Both the position numbers and the translations under genes were made by a program. Shown here piece by piece: positions 1 to 9,673 of a stretch of 43,494 nt of DNA. Positions within the stretch are counted from its first letter, which is position 1, and the number at the start of each line of letters is the position of its first letter. Source of the stretch: Sandaracinaceae bacterium (GTDB lineage Bacteria; Myxococcota_A; Polyangia; Polyangiales; Sandaracinaceae); NCBI GenBank assembly GCA_044220955.1, contig JBGAQA010000056.1:1-43494 (forward strand). Direction: 5' to 3'. The notes under the pieces are model-generated. The model was not told the DNA's origin. It saw only the letters and a program-made list of their open reading frames with translations, and did not search any database.

Positions 1-423
1 CCTGCCCCGGTGGGCGACGTCCGCGTCGTGCTCTCCGGGGCGGACGCGGCGTCGGGCGCGCACCTGTCCTTCCACGTCGCCGTCCGCGCGTCGCGCCCCG
101 TTCGCGCCTGGGTGCGTCCCGATCGGCTCCGATTCCGCGTGCGCACGCCCTCGGGCGAGACGCACCTCTGCGCGATGGACCGCGCGGAGGGGGCGCCCAT
201 CCCCGATCTCTTCGCGCGCGTCGGCACCCGCTCGGGGCCGGCGTACTCGCTCGACGCGCGCGCGTACTGCGGTGTCGACGTCTTCGCGCACGCAGGGATC
301 TACGAGGTCACGCCGCTGCTCGACCTCGACGTCGACGGATCGGACTACCGCATGGACACACCCCTCGGCACGTTCGAAGGCGCTGCCGCGCTGGTTCGCG
401 TGCGTGCGGAGGCTGCGCCGTGA
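1..423 (+). CDS. Hypothetical protein, probably 5'-truncated by the window edge
   Basis: Frame is open from base 1 (CCT GCC CCG GTG...). The TGA stop overlaps the next start (GTGA at 420-423). No recognisable motif. Confidence 0.65.
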   Translation, partial: PAPVGDVRVVLSGADAASGAHLSFHVAVRASRPVRAWVRPDRLRFRVRTPSGETHLCAMDRAEGAPIPDLFARVGTRSGPAYSLDARAYCGVDVFAHAGIYEVTPLLDLDVDGSDYRMDTPLGTFEGAAALVRVRAEAAP

Positions 424-632
424 ACGATCGCCTCGCGCGGGTGCTCGCGGCCGTCGCCATCGGGCTCGGCGCCGTGGCCGTCGTGGTGTCGATGTACGCG
501 CTCTCCGTCGTGCAAGAGCGTAGCGATCAGCTGGAGGCGATCACCGAGGGCGTGCAGCGCGCGCTCGCGGCGCAGCGCTCGACGGAGGTGCCGCTGCATG
601 GTCCTCCGCCGGCCCTCGATCCCGGCGACTGA
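420..632 (+). CDS. Small single-pass membrane protein (70 aa)
   Basis: Hydrophobic stretch VLAAVAIGLGAVAVVVSMYALSVV followed by a short helical segment; GTGA coupling to the upstream ORF. Confidence 0.65.
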   Translation: MNDRLARVLAAVAIGLGAVAVVVSMYALSVVQERSDQLEAITEGVQRALAAQRSTEVPLHGPPPALDPGD

Positions 633-679
633 CGCTCGTACTATCCGAACAAAGAGGCCGAGAGCTTCCCGGGGGGGCC

Positions 680-2023
680 GTGGCGAAGATCCTCATCGTC
701 GATGATCAGAAGAACATGCGGACCACGCTCGCGCTGATGCTGCGCGGCGCAGGTCACGACGTGGCGGAGGCGGCCGACGGCGACGAGGCCTGCCAGAAGG
801 TGCTCGATCGCTACGACCTGGTGATCACGGACCTCAAGATGGGCGCCAAGGACGGCATCGACGTCCTCAGGCACACGAAGGAGGTGGCGCCGCTCACCGA
901 GGTGGTCGTGATGACGGCGTACGGCACGATCGAGAGCGCGGTCGAGGCGATGCGCGTCGGTGCCTACGACTACATCCAGAAGCCGTTCGCCGAGGAGGAG
1001 CTGCTCGTGAAGGTCGACCGCGCCGTCGAGAAGCGCGCGCTGGCCGGCACCGTCACGGCCATGGCTGCCGACTTCCGCGAGCGCTACGGCTTCGGCAACA
1101 TCATCGGGCGCTCGGAGTCGATTCGAGAGGTGCTCGGCCGCATCGTGCGCATCGCGCCCACCGATACGACCGTCCTGATCACCGGGGAGAGCGGCACGGG
1201 CAAGGAGCTCGTCGCGCGCGCGATCCACGTGAACTCGCTCCGCCACGACAAGCCCTTCGTCACGGTGAACTGCGCGGCGATCAGCGAGACGCTCCTCGAG
1301 AGCGAGCTCTTCGGGCACGCACGCGGTGCGTTCACCGGGGCCGTCGCGGCCCGCCGGGGCCTGCTCGAGGAGGCGAGCGGCGGCACGTTCTTCTTCGACG
1401 AGATCGCGGAGACCGCGCCCGCGTTCCAGGCGAAGCTGCTGCGCGCCATCCAGGAAGGCGAGATCCGACGTCTCGGGGAGAACAAGGCGATCAAGGTCGA
1501 CGTGCGGATCATCGCCGCGACGAACCAGGATCTCGCCGAGGCCATCGCCGACAAGCGCTTCCGCCAGGATCTCTACTACCGCCTCAACGTCGCGCGCTTC
1601 ATCCTGCCGCCCCTGCGCGAGCGCCGCGAGGACATCGCGCTGCTCGCGCAGCACTTCGCCGAGAAATACGCGCGCAAGATGCGCCGCAACGTCCAGCTCG
1701 AGGCGGGCGTCATCGAGTACCTCGGCCGCTACGACTTCCCGGGCAACGTGCGCGAGCTCGAGAACATGGTCGAACAGGGCGTCGCCCTCGCGATGGACGG
1801 GCGCGTCCGCCTCGACGACATCGTGCCGATCGAGCTTCACCAACGCGTCGCGCCCCAGAGTCCGCCGGCCGGGCGCCTGCAGGACCACGTCGACCGCGCC
1901 GAGAAGGAGGCGATCCTCGCCGTCCTGCGCGAGGTGGACGGGAACCGCGAGAAGGCCGCCGAGCTCCTGGGCCTCTCGGGCACGACCCTCTGGCGCAAGA
2001 TGAAGCGCCTCAACGTCAGCTGA
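680..2023 (+). CDS. Sigma54-dependent response regulator (NtrC/AtoC family: receiver, AAA+, Fis HTH)
   Basis: ILIVDD receiver with DLVITD, Walker A GESGTGKE, GAFTGA loop, FFDEI Walker B, PGNVRELEN, C-terminal AAELLGLSGTTLWRKMK HTH. Confidence 0.95.
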   Translation: MAKILIVDDQKNMRTTLALMLRGAGHDVAEAADGDEACQKVLDRYDLVITDLKMGAKDGIDVLRHTKEVAPLTEVVVMTAYGTIESAVEAMRVGAYDYIQKPFAEEELLVKVDRAVEKRALAGTVTAMAADFRERYGFGNIIGRSESIREVLGRIVRIAPTDTTVLITGESGTGKELVARAIHVNSLRHDKPFVTVNCAAISETLLESELFGHARGAFTGAVAARRGLLEEASGGTFFFDEIAETAPAFQAKLLRAIQEGEIRRLGENKAIKVDVRIIAATNQDLAEAIADKRFRQDLYYRLNVARFILPPLRERREDIALLAQHFAEKYARKMRRNVQLEAGVIEYLGRYDFPGNVRELENMVEQGVALAMDGRVRLDDIVPIELHQRVAPQSPPAGRLQDHVDRAEKEAILAVLREVDGNREKAAELLGLSGTTLWRKMKRLNVS

Positions 2024-2042
2024 AGACCCATCGTCGGGCGCG

Positions 2043-2070
2043 TTGCAGGCGTGAAATTCCGCTTGCAGGC
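2043..2070 (+). promoter_or_regulatory. Candidate enhancer-binding-protein site (TTGCAGGC direct repeat)
   Basis: TTGCAGGC at 2043-2050 and 2063-2070 (20-bp period). The first copy lies in a near-palindrome TTGCA-N4-TGAAA. Both are 50-75 bp upstream of a sigma54 motif. Confidence 0.45.
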
Positions 2071-2117
2071 TTGGGCCCTGGATGGGAGATGGTCGACGAT
2101 TTCGCAGGCTTTTCTCG

Positions 2118-2133
2118 CGGCACGCCGGATGCT
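2118..2133 (+). promoter_or_regulatory. Sigma54 (-24/-12) promoter
   Basis: CGGCACGCCGGATGCT versus consensus TGGCACGNNNNTTGCW, with exact GG-N10-GC spacing (GG 2119-2120, GC 2131-2132). Confidence 0.75.
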
Positions 2134-2218
2134 CCGTGCCACCCGGGAGCGCCGCGTGGCCGTAAGCCCCCCCCAGCGGCGCGCGGCGCTCCTCTATTCT
2201 TCCGGAGGGCTCGAGGTG

Positions 2219-2593
2219 ATGGCGTGCATCCTGATCGTCGATGACGAGGAGAATCAGCGTCGAGCGCTCGCGATCGGGCTGCGGCTCGAGGGCTTCGACG
2301 TCCGCGAGGCCCACGACGGCGAGTCGGCGCTCGCCCGCCTCGGTGAGGGTCGCGCGGACATCGCGCTCATCGACCTGATGATGCCCGGCGTCAACGGTCT
2401 CGAGCTGGCGCGGCGCCTTCGCTTCTCGTACCCCGAGGTGCGCATCGTGCTCACCAGCGCGTATCACCTCACGGAGCGGCAGCTGGAGCGGGCGGGCCTG
2501 GGGCCCATCGCGTTCGTCCCGAAGCCGTATGCCATGGACGACCTCGTCGGCTTCCTGCGCGCGAAGACGGCCAACGATCCGATCTCGGCCTGA
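2219..2593 (+). CDS. Single-domain response regulator (CheY-like receiver)
   Basis: ILIVDD, DIALIDLMMP, VLTSA and FVPKP motifs. Start reassigned to ATG 2219 (or GTG 2216) after GGAGG/GAGG; the track's 2051 start runs through promoter DNA. Confidence 0.88.
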   Translation: MACILIVDDEENQRRALAIGLRLEGFDVREAHDGESALARLGEGRADIALIDLMMPGVNGLELARRLRFSYPEVRIVLTSAYHLTERQLERAGLGPIAFVPKPYAMDDLVGFLRAKTANDPISA

Positions 2594-2635
2594 CGTCACC
2601 GGCGGCGCACCGAGCGCGCAGCCGAGCGTGCGCGC

Positions 2636-3439
2636 TCATCCACGCAGGCGCTTGAGGCCGCGCGCGAGCAGCGAGGACGGCCGCACTCGTTGCTCGGCAG
2701 CGTCGAGCCCGAGGCGCAGCGCGTCCTCGAACGTGCTCGCCAGCGTGAGCGCGGGCGCGTGCGCCGCCAGGGCGTGCAGCGCGACCGGCGTCCCCGAGAA
2801 GATCGCGCGCGCCCCGATCATCCGTGCGGACGCGTCGAACGCGGCGATCTCGAGGGCGACGTCGCGCTCGGGCTCACGCGCGAACGACGCGTGCACGAGG
2901 CAGGCCTTGGCGTCGGCGTCGAGGGCTGCCCGTCCGAGCCGCGCGAGGGCTTGCGCGATCGCCTCGGCGTCGTCGCAGCCCGCGACGACGAGCAAGACCA
3001 CCTTCGGCGAGGCGATCACGGGGACGAGCGACTGCCCCGCGCGCTCGACCATCTCGGTGCGCGCCCGCTCGTCGACCGCGGCCATGAACCCCTCCATCGC
3101 CGCGGCGCGCATGGACGTCGCGAGCGGGGCTGGGACCGCCACGCCGGCCAGCGCGGTGGCCTCCACGATCGCGTCGAGGCTCGAGAGCGCCGTGGTCGGA
3201 GACTGTGCGAGCGTGGCCACGCGCCGCCCGAACAGCGTCGCGAGCGCGTGGGCCTCGTGCTCCTCGCTCGCGGTCCCCTCCGAGACGGCTCCGAGCAGCG
3301 TCTCGAGGACCGGGGCCGACTCCGCCTCGAGCTCGCGGCGCAGCGCGCCCGCGCTCGGCAGCGCCACGCGCCCCTGCAAGAGGGCCGCGAGGGCGACGCG
3401 GGCCCTCTCGAGCCGTTCCGGGTCGCGGAGCGAGTCCAC
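2636..3439 (-). CDS. RsbR-like protein with a degenerate C-terminal STAS domain
   Basis: Ala-rich helical N-terminus, then [16 protein letters not shown]...[12 protein letters not shown], matching the RsbR STAS pattern (PV...VLVLP.G...RL.GA...TG). Confidence 0.55.
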   Translation of the reverse strand: MDSLRDPERLERARVALAALLQGRVALPSAGALRRELEAESAPVLETLLGAVSEGTASEEHEAHALATLFGRRVATLAQSPTTALSSLDAIVEATALAGVAVPAPLATSMRAAAMEGFMAAVDERARTEMVERAGQSLVPVIASPKVVLLVVAGCDDAEAIAQALARLGRAALDADAKACLVHASFAREPERDVALEIAAFDASARMIGARAIFSGTPVALHALAAHAPALTLASTFEDALRLGLDAAEQRVRPSSLLARGLKRLRG

Positions 3440-3515
3440 GCCGGGATCGTAGCTGGCGCGAGGGTCGGACGCAGGAAACTCGGCGCGCTTCTCGTCGCGT
3501 GTTATCCGGTGCCCG

Positions 3516-4658
3516 ATGGGCGTGGTCGTTCAGAAGTACGGTGGGAGCTCGGTCGCCGACGTCGAGAAGCTCGGGCGGGTCGCCGACAAGGTCGTCGCTG
3601 CACGACGGGCCGGTGACCAGGTCGTGGTCGTCGTGTCGGCGATGGGCAAGACCACCGACCAGCTGCTCGCGCTCGCCAAGCAGATCGACGAGACGCCACC
3701 GCGGCGCGAGCTCGACATGTTGCTGACGACCGGCGAGCGGGTGTCGATGGCGCTGCTCTCGATGGCCATCCAGAAGCGTGGCGAGGCGGCCATCTCGTTC
3801 ACCGGATCGCAGAGCGGCATCATCACCAACGACCGCCACTTCGACGCACGCATCATCGAGGTGCGGCCCCACCGCATCGAGGACGAGCTGAGCCGCGGGA
3901 AGATCGTGATCATCGCCGGCTATCAGGGCATGTCCTACAAGCGCGAGATCACCACGCTCGGCCGCGGCGGCTCGGACACGACCGCGATCGCGCTCGCTGC
4001 GGCCCTGGGCGCCGATCGCGCGGAGATCTACAGCGACGTGGACGGTGTCTACACGGCGGACCCGCGCGTGGTCCCGAGCGCACATCACCTGCCCGAGCTC
4101 GGCTACGAGCAGATGCAGGAGATGGCGGACGTGGGCGCGAAGGTGCTGAACGCGACGGCCGTGGAGCTCGCGAAGAAGGCCAAGATCTGGATCCACGCGC
4201 GTGCGAGCTTCGCGCCGGGCAAGGAGACCGTGGTGCGTGACGGAGGCGGCAAGGGCGCCGTGTCGGTCGTCGGGCAGCGCGGGATCGTGCGCGCGCGCGT
4301 GGCGAGCGAGGTCGAGCTCAAGCGGGCGCTCGGCGTGCTCGCGGAAGTCGCGCTTCCCGCCCGTGACGTCGAGCTGGCCGCGGCAGGCGCGAGCTTCCTC
4401 GTTCCCACGGCGCTGACACCCGATTGGATCGTCATCGAGTCACGCCTGCGGGCAGAGGTGGCCACGATCACGCTCGAGACGGGTCTCGGCGCGGCGTCCG
4501 TCGTCGGTGACCTCCCGGAGCGTGCGACGGTGGAGGCGCTGGACTGCGCTCCTGGGCTTCGCGGCGCGAGCGCGAGCGGGGGGCGTGTGTCGCTGCTGGT
4601 GCCGGAGGACTCGCTCGACGCCACCGTTCGCGCCCTCCACGCGAGGTTCGTGGGGTAA
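3516..4658 (+). CDS. lysC: Aspartate kinase
   Basis: [49 protein letters not shown]. The C-terminal regulatory region is divergent. Confidence 0.93.
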   Translation: MGVVVQKYGGSSVADVEKLGRVADKVVAARRAGDQVVVVVSAMGKTTDQLLALAKQIDETPPRRELDMLLTTGERVSMALLSMAIQKRGEAAISFTGSQSGIITNDRHFDARIIEVRPHRIEDELSRGKIVIIAGYQGMSYKREITTLGRGGSDTTAIALAAALGADRAEIYSDVDGVYTADPRVVPSAHHLPELGYEQMQEMADVGAKVLNATAVELAKKAKIWIHARASFAPGKETVVRDGGGKGAVSVVGQRGIVRARVASEVELKRALGVLAEVALPARDVELAAAGASFLVPTALTPDWIVIESRLRAEVATITLETGLGAASVVGDLPERATVEALDCAPGLRGASASGGRVSLLVPEDSLDATVRALHARFVG

Positions 4659-4670
4659 CCTCCGCGCCCG

Positions 4671-5524
4671 ATGCCGGTCCGCCTCTTCCTCGCGAGCCAG
4701 ATCGTGCGCTTCCAGATGCGGCGCCGCTTCGCGAAGGCGGGCGATATCTGGCCGCTGCGCCCGATGATGCGGAAGCTGGCCGGACAGGTGCCGGCGGTGC
4801 CGGGGCACGTGCGGCTCGAGCCCTGCGTTCTCGACGGCGTCCCGGGTGAGTGCCTCGCGCCCGCGCTCGCCGAGCCTCGCGCCGCGATCCTCTACGTCCA
4901 CGGCGGCGCGTTCATCGCCAAAGCGGCGTTCCGGTCTACGCGATCGACTACCGCCTCGCGCCCGAGCACCCGTTCCCCGCGGCGCTCGAGGACGTGGTGA
5001 GCGCTTATCGCGCGCTCGTCGAGCGCGGCGCGACGCGCATCGCCATCGCCGGCGACTCGGCGGGTGGCAACCTCACGCTCGCCGCAGCGCTCGAGCTCGG
5101 CAAGCTCGATCTCGAGCGGCCGGTCGCGCTCGCGTGCCTCTCGCCGGTCGTCACGCTGGGCGAGGAGCTGCCCTCGTCCGAGTCGAACCGCGACCGCGAC
5201 GCGATGTTCCCGCCGGGGATGATGCCCGGGGTGCGCGCGCGATATGCCCCGGACGCGGAGCCGACGGATCCGCGGATCTCGCCGCTCTACGCGACCGACC
5301 TGAGCGCGCTGCCGGCCACGATCTTCCAGGTCGGTGAGACCGAGACCCTGCGGGATCACTCGATCCGAATGGACGCGCGCCTGCGCGAGGCGGGTGTCAC
5401 GACGCAGCTCGAGGTCACGCCGCGCGTCTTCCACGTCTGGCAGCTCGCCGCCGACCACGTGCCCGAGGCGCGCGCGGCGATCGATCGACTGGTGGCGTTC
5501 CTCCGGCCGAGGTTGCGCCCGTGA
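4671..5524 (+). pseudogene. Alpha/beta hydrolase (HSL-family esterase), frameshifted near 4917-4921
   Basis: ORF 4671-5000 carries ILYVHGGAF. Another frame (4850-5524) carries DYRLAPEHPFP, AGDSAGG and FHVWQ. The intervening helix appears deleted. Confidence 0.8.
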
Positions 5525-6009
5525 GGGCGCATCCGGCGTCGCTGGCGCTCCTGGGGCTGCTCTCGTGCGCCGTCGCTCTGGCGCAGCCGTCGCGGCCGGG
5601 GATGCGGCTCCGCGTCACGCGCGTCGCGCCGCGCGGCGGCTTCACCGCGGACGGGCTCCTCGTCGTGCACGCGAGCACCGTGGTCCGGGCGCCGGCGTCC
5701 GACTGTGGGCCGGGCGCGACCCGGATCGACGCGGCGGGCCAGGACGCGCGCGGGCGGATCCGGCGGGCGCACGTCGAGGTGGTCGCGGTGGCGGGCGGGC
5801 GAAGCGCGGGGATCGGTCCCGGCTCGTGCGACGCGCACGTCGAGCTGACGCTCGACGACGGGCAGATCCTGACGCTGACGCGCGGGAGCGTGCGCGCCAG
5901 CCTGGTCGCCGGCAGCGGGCTGGACGCCGCGGTCGAGGGCTCCGTGATCGACGACGCCGGCGTCCCCACGACGGTCACGGGCCACATCGTGCTATCCCCG
6001 GCCAGCTGA
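5521..6009 (+). CDS. Hypothetical secreted protein
   Basis: Signal peptide (LALLGLLSCAVALA/Q), beta-rich mature region with two Cys, GTGA coupling to the esterase stop. Confidence 0.6.
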   Translation: MRAHPASLALLGLLSCAVALAQPSRPGMRLRVTRVAPRGGFTADGLLVVHASTVVRAPASDCGPGATRIDAAGQDARGRIRRAHVEVVAVAGGRSAGIGPGSCDAHVELTLDDGQILTLTRGSVRASLVAGSGLDAAVEGSVIDDAGVPTTVTGHIVLSPAS

Positions 6010-6018
6010 GGGGCTCCC

Positions 6019-7422
6019 ATGGCCGACACGATCCTGGTCGTCGACGACGAGAAGAACATCCGCCGCACCCTCCGCATGGTGCTCGAGGGCGAGGGCTTCG
6101 AGGTGCTCGAGGCCGGGAGCGCGGAGGAGGCGCTCCCGATGATCGAGGAGTCGGCGCCCGACCTCGTCGTGCTCGACGTGCGCTTGCCGGGCATGAGCGG
6201 CGTCGAGGCGCTCGAGCGCATCCGGAAGGAGCGCTCTGCCGACGCTCTGCCCATCGTGGTCGTCTCGGGGCACGCCTCGCTCTCGGAGGCCGTGCAGGCC
6301 GTCCAGCGCGGCGCCAACGACTTCCTCGAGAAGCCGCTCGACCGCGACCGCATGCTCGTCTCGCTGAAGAACGCGCTCGCGATGAAGCGGCTCGCGCGCG
6401 AGCTCGCGGCGCTCAAGCGCGACGCGGGACGTCGCTACGAGATGATCGGCGAGAGCCCGGCGATGAAGCGCCTCTACTCCGAGATCGAGAAGGTCGCACC
6501 GACGCGCGGTCGCGTGCTGATCACGGGCGAGAGCGGGACCGGCAAGGAGCTCGTCGCGCGCGCGATCCACAAGCTCTCGCCGCGCGCGGCGGCCGCATTC
6601 GTGAAGGTGAACTGCGCCGCCATCCCGGCCGAGCTCATCGAGAGCGAGCTCTTCGGTCACGAGCGCGGCGCGTTCACCGGCGCCCAGGGTCGCAAGCGCG
6701 GCCTGTTCGAGGTCGCGCACCAGGGCACGCTCTTCCTCGACGAGATCGGCGACATGAGCCTGGCTGCGCAGGCCAAGGTGCTCAGGGCGCTCCAGAACGG
6801 CGAGATCACCCGCGTCGGCGGCGACGCGACCGTGGCCGTCGACGTTCGGGTCATCGCCGCGACCAACAAAGATCTCGAGGTCGCCGTCGGCAAGGGGGAG
6901 TTCCGCGAGGATCTCTACTTCCGCCTCAACGTCGTGCCGATCAAGAGCCCCTCGCTGCGCGACCGACTCGAGGACGTCCCCCAGCTCGCGCGGGCGTTCC
7001 TCGAGGAGTTCTGCGCCGAGAACGGGATGCGGACCAAGCCGGTCGAGGCCGAGGTGACGGAGGCGCTCGTCGAGCACCACTGGCCCGGGAACGTGCGCGA
7101 GCTGCGCAACGTGGTGGAGCGCATGGCCATCTTGAGCGGCGACGCGATCACGCTCGAGGATCTGCCCGACTTCCCCGAGCGGCTGCTGCCGAGCGAGAGC
7201 ACCCACGCCGACGCTTCTGCGCCGCCCGGCGCGCCGTCGACCGACTCGGGCGAGCCGCGCGAGACGCTCCGCGCGTTCCGCGATCGGAAGGAGCGCGAGT
7301 ACATCAAGGAGACGCTCGATCGGTGCGACTGGAACATCTCGCGCGCCGCGACGCTGCTCGGTGTCGAGCGGACGAACCTGCACAAGAAGATGCGCTCGCT
7401 CGGGCTCAAGCGCGAGCGCTGA
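6019..7422 (+). CDS. Sigma54-dependent response regulator (NtrC/NtrX-like)
   Basis: ILVVDDE, DLVVLD, GESGTGKE, GAFTGA, LFLDEIGD, WPGNVRELRN, HTH NISRAATLLGVERTNLHKKM; SD GAGGGG upstream. Confidence 0.95.
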   Translation: MADTILVVDDEKNIRRTLRMVLEGEGFEVLEAGSAEEALPMIEESAPDLVVLDVRLPGMSGVEALERIRKERSADALPIVVVSGHASLSEAVQAVQRGANDFLEKPLDRDRMLVSLKNALAMKRLARELAALKRDAGRRYEMIGESPAMKRLYSEIEKVAPTRGRVLITGESGTGKELVARAIHKLSPRAAAAFVKVNCAAIPAELIESELFGHERGAFTGAQGRKRGLFEVAHQGTLFLDEIGDMSLAAQAKVLRALQNGEITRVGGDATVAVDVRVIAATNKDLEVAVGKGEFREDLYFRLNVVPIKSPSLRDRLEDVPQLARAFLEEFCAENGMRTKPVEAEVTEALVEHHWPGNVRELRNVVERMAILSGDAITLEDLPDFPERLLPSESTHADASAPPGAPSTDSGEPRETLRAFRDRKEREYIKETLDRCDWNISRAATLLGVERTNLHKKMRSLGLKRER

Positions 7423-7487
7423 TCGGCTGGAGTGCCGGCGGAGCCGGGGCCGCGTGCCGCGTCCGCAGCGCGCGCGCCTTCGGCGGC

Positions 7488-8813
7488 TCAGTAGGCCGAC
7501 GCCGTGTCGGGCGGCGCCGCCGTCGCTCGCTCGCTCGTGCTGCTCGGCGCGGCGCTCGGGCTGCTGGCCCGATCGACGGCGCGCTGCTCGACCGCGATCC
7601 GGGTGCGCGCGCGCCGCGCGTCGGCGCTGACGGACGGGAACGCCTCCGCGCGTGCCAGCCAGCGATCGGCCTCGTCCAGGCGCCCGAGCCGGCGGTCGCA
7701 CTCGGCGAGCTCCATCATCGCGACGGGCGCGTCGGCGTAGTCCGGGTGCTCCGCGAGCAGCGTGCGGTAGCGCGGCACGGCCTGATCGCAGTGTCCACCG
7801 CTCGCGAGCGAGCGAGCTTGACGGTGGATCGCCGCGGGCAGCATGCCCACCGGGCTCGCGCTGGGTGGCTCGACCTCGTCGGAGGACGGCGCGGTGCGCG
7901 GGGTCGTCGGCGCGCGATGCGTCGACCCGAGCCCGGCCGAGGGCGCCGGTGCGCCGGGCGTCGGCGGCGCGAGCACGACCGCGGTCTGCTCGGTCCCCGC
8001 CGCGAGCTCGGGGAGGGGCCCGTCCTCGACGCGCCCGATCCCATCGCTCGGAGCCACGTCGGTGACGGCCAGTGCCTCCGGCGCGGTCGTGTCCTGCGCC
8101 ACCTCGCTCGCGGGCGTCTCGGCGCGAGCCGGCGCGTGAGCGAGGGCGCTCGGCGGTGGCGCGGCCGGGGAGTCGGGCGGCGCGGCGATGGTCGTGGTCG
8201 GACGGACGTCGCGCGAGGGATCTTCGTCCTCGACGTGCTCGCCCGTGCCGAGCGCCACGCGCTGCGTGCGCGGGTCGACGTCGAGCTGCAGGGGCGCTGC
8301 CGGATCGAGCGCCGAGGGACCGAGCTCGGCCCGCACGTCCGGCTCGACGAGCGCACCGTCGGTGCTGGCGCCGTCGCGCGCCCGGAACTGCGGGAGGTTG
8401 AAGACCCCGATCCCGATCATCAACACGAGCAGGGCCGCCATCGCGACCTGCGGCCTCGTCGCCCAGCTGCCGAGCCAGCGGACCACCGAGTCGAGCCAGG
8501 GGGTCTCCGGCGCCCGCGCGGGGCCTCCGAGGGCCGGCGCTTCCCGGCCAGGATCGCCGTCGGTCGCCGCTGCAGCGCGCACCTCGGCGGCGTGCGCGCG
8601 GGCGGCGGCCATCACCGCATCGAGCCGCGGCGGCTCGGCGCGGACGAGCTCTCGCGCCGCACGCCGCCCACCCTCGAGCCGGACGAGCGCGCGGCCGCAC
8701 GACTCGCAGCCGTCCGCGTGCGCGCGGACCTCCGCCGCGCGCGCCTCGTCGAGCTCGCGCTCCACGAGATCGATCAGCAGCGAGTCGCAGGTCTCGCAGT
8801 CGAGGGGGCTCAT
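7488..8813 (-). CDS. Zinc-binding anti-sigma factor (zf-HC2/ZAS) with TM helix, Pro/Ala linker and C-terminal TPR
   Basis: N-terminal C...HADGCESC (HxxxCxxC), TM segment AMAALLVLMIGIGVF, C-terminal TPR-like helices; directly downstream of an ECF sigma. Confidence 0.82.
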   Translation of the reverse strand: MSPLDCETCDSLLIDLVERELDEARAAEVRAHADGCESCGRALVRLEGGRRAARELVRAEPPRLDAVMAAARAHAAEVRAAAATDGDPGREAPALGGPARAPETPWLDSVVRWLGSWATRPQVAMAALLVLMIGIGVFNLPQFRARDGASTDGALVEPDVRAELGPSALDPAAPLQLDVDPRTQRVALGTGEHVEDEDPSRDVRPTTTIAAPPDSPAAPPPSALAHAPARAETPASEVAQDTTAPEALAVTDVAPSDGIGRVEDGPLPELAAGTEQTAVVLAPPTPGAPAPSAGLGSTHRAPTTPRTAPSSDEVEPPSASPVGMLPAAIHRQARSLASGGHCDQAVPRYRTLLAEHPDYADAPVAMMELAECDRRLGRLDEADRWLARAEAFPSVSADARRARTRIAVEQRAVDRASSPSAAPSSTSERATAAPPDTASAY

Positions 8814-8838
8814 GATCGACCAGCCTCCGGGCAGCTCA

Positions 8839-9462
8839 TCAGCGCATCTCCCGAGCGTAGTCCTCGTACTCGGCGAGGGCTCGTTGAAGGCGCTCGAGCG
8901 CGTAGCGCATGCGCGACTTCACCGTGTTCTCCGGCACGCCGACGATCTCGGCGATGTCCTTGAACGCGAGATCCTGCAGCTCGCGCATCAGGAACACCTC
9001 GCGCTGCTCCTCCGGGAGCTCCTCCACCGCCCGCGCGATGCGCTCCTTGAGGTCGCCACCGATCACCTCGCGATCGGCCAGCGGCGTCGCCGCGACCACG
9101 CGGTCCATCATCGTCGGGCCCTCCGGGTCGTCGCCCGTGGGCGCATCGAGCGAGCGATGCCGCCGGAAGACCATCTTGCGGCTGGTGTCGATGCACAGGT
9201 TGCGGGCGATGGTGTAGATCCACGTGCTGACCTTCGAGCCCCCCTGGAACTCGCTGGCGCGCTGGATCACGCGCAGGAAGACCTCCTGCAAGAGCTCCTG
9301 CGACCGGTCCGCGTCGCGAACGGACCGCAGGATGAAGTTGAAGAGCGGGCGCTCGAAGCGACGGACCAGCGCCTCGAAGGCCTCCGCGTCGCCCTCGGTG
9401 AACCGACGCAGCAGCGCCTCGTCGGAGGCCGCCTCTCGCGGATCCATCACCACGGTAAGCAC
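8839..9462 (-). CDS. ECF (sigma70 group 4) RNA polymerase sigma factor
   Basis: SDEALL..F..GDAEAFEALV, ELLQEVFL, STWIYTIARNLCID, LPEEQREVF, DIAEIVGVPENTVKSRMRYA. The start may be ATG 9447. Confidence 0.95.
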   Translation of the reverse strand: MLTVVMDPREAASDEALLRRFTEGDAEAFEALVRRFERPLFNFILRSVRDADRSQELLQEVFLRVIQRASEFQGGSKVSTWIYTIARNLCIDTSRKMVFRRHRSLDAPTGDDPEGPTMMDRVVAATPLADREVIGGDLKERIARAVEELPEEQREVFLMRELQDLAFKDIAEIVGVPENTVKSRMRYALERLQRALAEYEDYAREMR

Positions 9463-9644
9463 CCACGCGGATCGGGGTGGCGCTGCGTCGGGTTCGCCTC
9501 ACACCCGATCCGACGCGCGAGTCGCCCGCACGGTCTCGTGGGGGCAGCGGGCATCGCGGCGCTCGGTCGCACGGGCACGGGGCGGATTGTAGCCATCCCC
9601 ACGTCCTTCTACCGATTTCCGGCGATCGGTGCCCCCGGGACGCG

Positions 9645-9673
9645 TTGACCCCCCGGGAGGCCATTGGTATAAG
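9645..9673 (+). promoter_or_regulatory. Sigma70-type promoter for the Glt-like operon
   Basis: TTGACC (9645-9650), 17 bp, TATAAG (9668-9673) with an extended -10 TG; AGGGGA SD-like sequence before ATG 9712. Confidence 0.65.

Noticed and set aside
4910..4925. Programmed ribosomal frameshift in the esterase
   Set aside because: No canonical slippery heptamer, and coding sequence is missing, so shifting would not restore a full enzyme.
5334..8963. 1209-aa plus-strand ORF
   Set aside because: Arg/Ala/Gly-rich off-frame translation overlapping real genes on both strands, with no motifs.
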